This document shows, in pieces, positions 59,730 to 64,000 of a DNA stretch of 64,000 bases; position 1 is the first letter of the stretch, and each line of letters starts with the position of its first letter. The translations under genes and the position numbers were made by a program. This DNA comes from a virus. The DNA lies in IMG/VR virus record IMGVR_UViG_3300045988_091582. The stretch is one strand, 5' to 3'. The notes beneath the pieces are model-generated. The model was not told the DNA's origin. It worked only from the letters and a program-made list of their open reading frames with translations, and made no database searches.

Positions 59730-61256
59730 ATGAAACAAGCAACAAAATCTTCTTATATTAAGTTCTTTAATGATGCAATTAATAATAATCATTCTTTAAA
59801 AGCTCAATGTACTATATCAGGAAAAAATATAAATACTGTATATATGACAATAAGAAATCTTAGAAAGAAAGAAAATAAAGACGAAGACGATAAGAAGATA
59901 TTGGAATTATATGACAGACTAAAGAATACTAAGAAAAAAGAAGTAAAGAAAGATACAGATGATGCTTCTAATACTTGGGAAATAAGAGACGAAGAGACTG
60001 GTAAAATTACTGGATATAAATTTGAGATTTTCAGAAGAAATAAGCCCGCAATCACAGGAGTCTTTACTAGAAACGAAATGAATAGTGTATATAGAATGTA
60101 TACTTATTACGGTTCTGGTTTAACCCAGCAGATTGTCAGCAGATATTTCCCAGACTATTCTCTTATTGACTTTAAAAGAATTTTACGAGCTTTTAATATT
60201 ACTAAAGCATCTTCTCCATTTGCTCCTCATATGTATGAAGAATATACTGAGGATGAATTAAAAGAAATGCATCTTAGAGAAAAAGAGAATGATTTCTTAA
60301 AAAGAATAGAGAAAGATGAAGTAAAGGATTTAAGAGCTTTAGTTACTAAATTAACTAAGGAAACTTCTAAGTCTTTAAATAAGGAACTTATAGAAACTAC
60401 TATTAAAAATACAATAAAGGATTATAAAGAACTTCCAGTAAATATTAATAATAAAGAAGCAAAATATCCTGATTTAATTATATGGTTATCTGATTTGCAT
60501 ATTGGAGCTTATAATGCTAAGTATAGTAGTTTTGTACAGTTACCTTCTTATGATGTTCCAGAAATTAAATCTAGATTATCTAGAATTGTGGAGTCTTTTG
60601 TAGGACAAGAATATCATTCTGTATATATAGTTAATCTTGGTGATTCTATTGATGGGTTCAATAAAGAAACTACTAGAGGAGGTCATGAACTTCCTGAGAT
60701 TCTTGATAATAAAGAAATTAGTGAAGCATTTATAGAGTGTATGATGGAATTCTTCGCTACTCTTACAGTAAAAGTAAAAAGTAAAGATTTTAATTATCTC
60801 TCTATAGGAGAATCTAATCATGGTGGGGATTTTGAATGGTTAAACCAGAAACTCTTAGCTGCATATTTAACTAAATATAATGTTAAGAGTTATATTAGTA
60901 ACTATCCTATTGATAATTTTATCATTGGAGATCATCAATTTCTATATGCTCATGGTAAAGATAATAATTCTCAGACTAGACAATTTCCTCTTACTTTAAA
61001 CCCTCAGACTGAATTATTCTTTGCTAATTATATAGCAGAAAAAGGTATATACAGTCCTCATATTTATGTAGTAAAAGGGGATTTACATAATTATGCTTAT
61101 ACTACTGGTAAGCAGTTTGATTATATTTCAGTAGGTAGTATGTATGGTAGTAGTAATTATATTACAGCTAACTTTGGACATACTAAATGGAGTATTAATT
61201 ATACTATCGTAAAAGATAAAGATATTTTGATGGGAACTATTAAAGGAAATAATTAA
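59730..61256 (+). CDS. calcineurin-like metallophosphoesterase (SbcD/Mre11-like?)
   Basis: 508 aa; DLHIG, GDSIDG and GESNHGG match metallophosphatase motifs I-III; coiled-coil N-terminus. Confidence 0.55.
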   Translation: MKQATKSSYIKFFNDAINNNHSLKAQCTISGKNINTVYMTIRNLRKKENKDEDDKKILELYDRLKNTKKKEVKKDTDDASNTWEIRDEETGKITGYKFEIFRRNKPAITGVFTRNEMNSVYRMYTYYGSGLTQQIVSRYFPDYSLIDFKRILRAFNITKASSPFAPHMYEEYTEDELKEMHLREKENDFLKRIEKDEVKDLRALVTKLTKETSKSLNKELIETTIKNTIKDYKELPVNINNKEAKYPDLIIWLSDLHIGAYNAKYSSFVQLPSYDVPEIKSRLSRIVESFVGQEYHSVYIVNLGDSIDGFNKETTRGGHELPEILDNKEISEAFIECMMEFFATLTVKVKSKDFNYLSIGESNHGGDFEWLNQKLLAAYLTKYNVKSYISNYPIDNFIIGDHQFLYAHGKDNNSQTRQFPLTLNPQTELFFANYIAEKGIYSPHIYVVKGDLHNYAYTTGKQFDYISVGSMYGSSNYITANFGHTKWSINYTIVKDKDILMGTIKGNN

Positions 61257-61525
61257 TGAGAGACATAAAACTTCCAGAAACATCTGATAAATCTATAGAT
61301 ATCTCTGCTATAGATACAGATACTGAAGGTATTATCTTAGCATACAAAGGTAATAAACCAATAGGATTTATTGGATATGACGATGATAATAATGAGTGGG
61401 TATACTTAGATGATATTACTATAAATTGTAGTTATAAACGAGACGAAAATTTATTATATTTATTAAGGAACGTAATATCAAGTAATTACGCAGATAGTTT
61501 TAAATTAGTCGATTTTGGACAATGA
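61256..61525 (+). CDS. small paralogous protein, copy A
   Basis: Track ORF 89 aa; similar to 61522..61731 and 62338..62562. Confidence 0.45.
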   Translation: MRDIKLPETSDKSIDISAIDTDTEGIILAYKGNKPIGFIGYDDDNNEWVYLDDITINCSYKRDENLLYLLRNVISSNYADSFKLVDFGQ

Positions 61526-61731
61526 AATATATTAATATTCCTAAAAGTAGTGATACTACTATAGATTTAGCAGCTATTACTGGTAATTATAAAGGTATAA
61601 TTATCGCTTATAAAGAAGGTATGGCTGTTGGAAGAATTTCATATTGTTCAGATACTGAAATGTGGTATTTTTGCGACAATATAGCAGATAATTTTAGATT
61701 ATTAGAATTTTATACTAACAACGATGATTAG
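61522..61731 (+). CDS. small paralogous protein, copy B
   Basis: Track ORF 69 aa; tandem paralog with ATGA overlap. Confidence 0.45.
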   Translation: MKYINIPKSSDTTIDLAAITGNYKGIIIAYKEGMAVGRISYCSDTEMWYFCDNIADNFRLLEFYTNNDD

Positions 61732-62344
61732 CAGAGAAGACGTTTTACAGGAAGCTTTACATAAGTGTTTTGTAGAAATGTATAGATGGGCTCAGCCTTC
61801 TATAGATTTGGATGAGCTTATTAAGAATGGATTTAAAGATAGTGAGAAAGATCCTTTATATGCTAGACATTATTTATCTCAAGATAATTTTAATTATATA
61901 AGAGGTACTTATATGAATGCTTATGGTATTAATGATACTTGGGATGATACTTTTGAAATATTAATTAAGCAACTCTTAGAAGGAGGTATAGAAGATGACT
62001 ATAAAGAAGCTACTCCTGATAAACCTGCTTATAGAGATTATAAAAAAGTTCTCCCATTAAAAGAAGTTCTTACTTGCCCAGGAGAAGTTAATACTATTAT
62101 TAACTATATAAAGAAATGTCAAAACTTTTATAAAGGACATTGCTATGAAACTAATAAATTTTCTTGTAGTATTGCATTAGGTCCTAGTCCTAATTGTAAT
62201 GCAAAACATGTTACAGAATATTGGCATAGTCATGGAAAACCAGAGTTTAAAATAGTAGAATATAATATCTCAGATGTTATTTATGGAGACGGAGACTTTG
62301 AAGAAGTATCTGATGAAGAATTTCTTGCTACATTAAGATGGTAA
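61724..62344 (+). CDS. hypothetical protein
   Basis: Track ORF 206 aa. Confidence 0.5.
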   Translation: MISREDVLQEALHKCFVEMYRWAQPSIDLDELIKNGFKDSEKDPLYARHYLSQDNFNYIRGTYMNAYGINDTWDDTFEILIKQLLEGGIEDDYKEATPDKPAYRDYKKVLPLKEVLTCPGEVNTIINYIKKCQNFYKGHCYETNKFSCSIALGPSPNCNAKHVTEYWHSHGKPEFKIVEYNISDVIYGDGDFEEVSDEEFLATLRW

Positions 62345-62562
62345 CTAATGACATTACTAAAGATAACAAAACACTACTTATCTGCTATAAAAATTCATAT
62401 CCCTGTGGGCAAATATTATACAACGGGAGTAAGTGGATATATATTACTAGTGTAGATATAAATAAAGTTAATTATGCGGAAGATACTCCACATAATTTAG
62501 TACAAAAATTATTAGATAAAGAAATTATTGATAACATAATGTTTTTCACATACAATGGATAG
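62338..62562 (+). CDS. small paralogous protein, copy C
   Basis: Track ORF 74 aa; ...LICYKNSYPCGQILYNGSKWIY resembles copies A and B. Confidence 0.45.
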   Translation: MVTNDITKDNKTLLICYKNSYPCGQILYNGSKWIYITSVDINKVNYAEDTPHNLVQKLLDKEIIDNIMFFTYNG

Positions 62563-63349
62563 AATGCCAACTGAATTTACTTTAGAAGAAGTACTAGAAG
62601 GAAAAGCTACTAGTATTAAAGGTAAAGATTATCTTCCTACTAGAGGATATATTGAACCTTTCTTAGAAAGAGTTCAAAAATTAACTTCTGATATTAGAGT
62701 ACATGTAAAATTACCTGATCAAATTACTTATAATAAAAATGGTGATATAGATACTGCTGATTTAACTTTTAATAGAGTATGGTTAGAAGCAGTATTACCA
62801 AATGAATATTCAGTAGATAATCATAAAGAAACTATAAATATGTTGTATGGATTAGATACTAGAAAACCTATAATAAAGTTTTTTAGAACAGGATTAAATA
62901 TGGCATGTTTAAATATGTGTGTATTTAATCCTAGTTATATAAGGGTTTCTGAATTATCTCCTGATAAACCTGTGGATTATTCTCCTGTAAAAACTTTAGT
63001 AGAAGCTACTGATTCATTAGGAGTTTTTCTTAAAACTTTGAAAAATACTGAATTTAACACTTCAGAATCTAATATAAATATCAGTTTAGGATATTGGGTA
63101 AGACAAGCTATAACTGAATTTGAAGATAACGGTTTTGGTAAAATAAAGTTAGCTACTTCTGAAGTTATAGCTTCTTATAAACGTATGTTTGAAGATTCTA
63201 AATCTGATTATTATATAGGAATTAATGGAGAAGCTTCAATGTTTGAAGTTTATAATAGTTTTACAGAAGGTATTTCAAATGATAATAATAAGGATATTAT
63301 GAATAAATTTGAAAAATGTGTATTACTTAAAAAGATTTTAAATTTGTAA
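62555..63349 (+). CDS. hypothetical protein
   Basis: Track ORF 264 aa. Confidence 0.5.
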   Translation: MDRMPTEFTLEEVLEGKATSIKGKDYLPTRGYIEPFLERVQKLTSDIRVHVKLPDQITYNKNGDIDTADLTFNRVWLEAVLPNEYSVDNHKETINMLYGLDTRKPIIKFFRTGLNMACLNMCVFNPSYIRVSELSPDKPVDYSPVKTLVEATDSLGVFLKTLKNTEFNTSESNINISLGYWVRQAITEFEDNGFGKIKLATSEVIASYKRMFEDSKSDYYIGINGEASMFEVYNSFTEGISNDNNKDIMNKFEKCVLLKKILNL

Positions 63350-63540
63350 AAATTTAGTTGCTTTTTGTATAAATTTATATATAGAATTATTGATTTTAAA
63401 ATAATAGATACACTCTCTTTTTTAGATGAAACAAAAATTTAATTTTTGAAATAACTATATAAGCACTATATTATTAGTTCAGTACTAGTATTATAGTGCT
63501 TATTTCGTAGATGATTTAAAATGTTAATTTATAAATGTTA

Positions 63541-64000
63541 TTTATGGTAATAAAGAGAGACGGAATTAAAGAAGAATTTAACAGAAACAAAATTAGAGAT
63601 GCTGTACTAAAGGCTTTTGGAATTGCCCAAAATTCTAGTAAAACAATGGATGAAGATACTTACAGAGCAGTTACTGAGATAACTAATTCTGTAGTAGAAA
63701 CTGAAGATCAATCTATTGAGGATATTCAAGACCAAATTGAAGAACTCTTAATGGATTTAGGATATCACGACGTAGCTAAAAAATATATTCTATATCGTAA
63801 AGAACGTGAAGATATTAGAAATCATGCTACTAGAGATATTGAATTTATTCATAATTTTGTAAAGTCCGATAATACTGCTAATGCTACTATTGATGATAAT
63901 AGTAATGTGGGAACTAAAGGTATTGGAGTATTAAACGCTGAAATACATAAAGTTGATAATAAACTTACTAATACAGAATGGTGGGAAAGTTTTGTAAAGA
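63541..64000 (+). CDS. ribonucleotide reductase N-terminal ATP-cone (NrdD/NrdA-like), runs past window end
   Basis: MVIKRDGIKEEFNRNKIRDAVLKAF matches the ATP-cone consensus (VIKRDG..E.F...KI..AI); open to the window edge. Confidence 0.5.

Noticed and set aside
59804-60821. Minus ORFs 59804..60055 and 60576..60821
   Set aside because: Antisense to the metallophosphoesterase gene.
1-64000. CRISPR arrays or an integrase/attachment site
   Set aside because: No regularly spaced direct repeats and no recombinase homology were seen.

Overview
This is a low-GC (about 30%) phage-like window, with gene content and signal-peptide/lipobox features pointing to a Bacteroidota host. The ORF track misses much of it because three stretches read TAG as a sense codon: positions 1-9850 (mostly plus strand), a small minus-strand gene at 9882-10040, and an endonuclease gene at 55405-56517. 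A lytic-transglycosylase motif with TAG at the conserved Gln position (GYF-TAG-F, aligning with GLMQ) argues TAG means Gln. Next to the recoded block is a minus-strand amber-suppressor tRNA(CUA), split in its anticodon loop by a roughly 1 kb group-I-like intron that carries an HNH homing endonuclease. The rest of the window holds three tRNA arrays (18.1-19.7 kb, 20.6-21.3 kb, 36.1-37.9 kb) with canonical and structurally odd members, and many small accessory genes. It also holds an NAD-salvage cluster (NadV, macro domain, Prs), an AAA+/SPFH/large-protein operon, and a replication module whose SF2 helicase is split by a 349-nt intervening sequence. Three higher-GC genes with GC-rich terminators and a roughly 370-nt non-coding unit between terminators stand out as well. 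Coordinates of recoded genes and tRNAs were derived by hand and may be off by a few nt.
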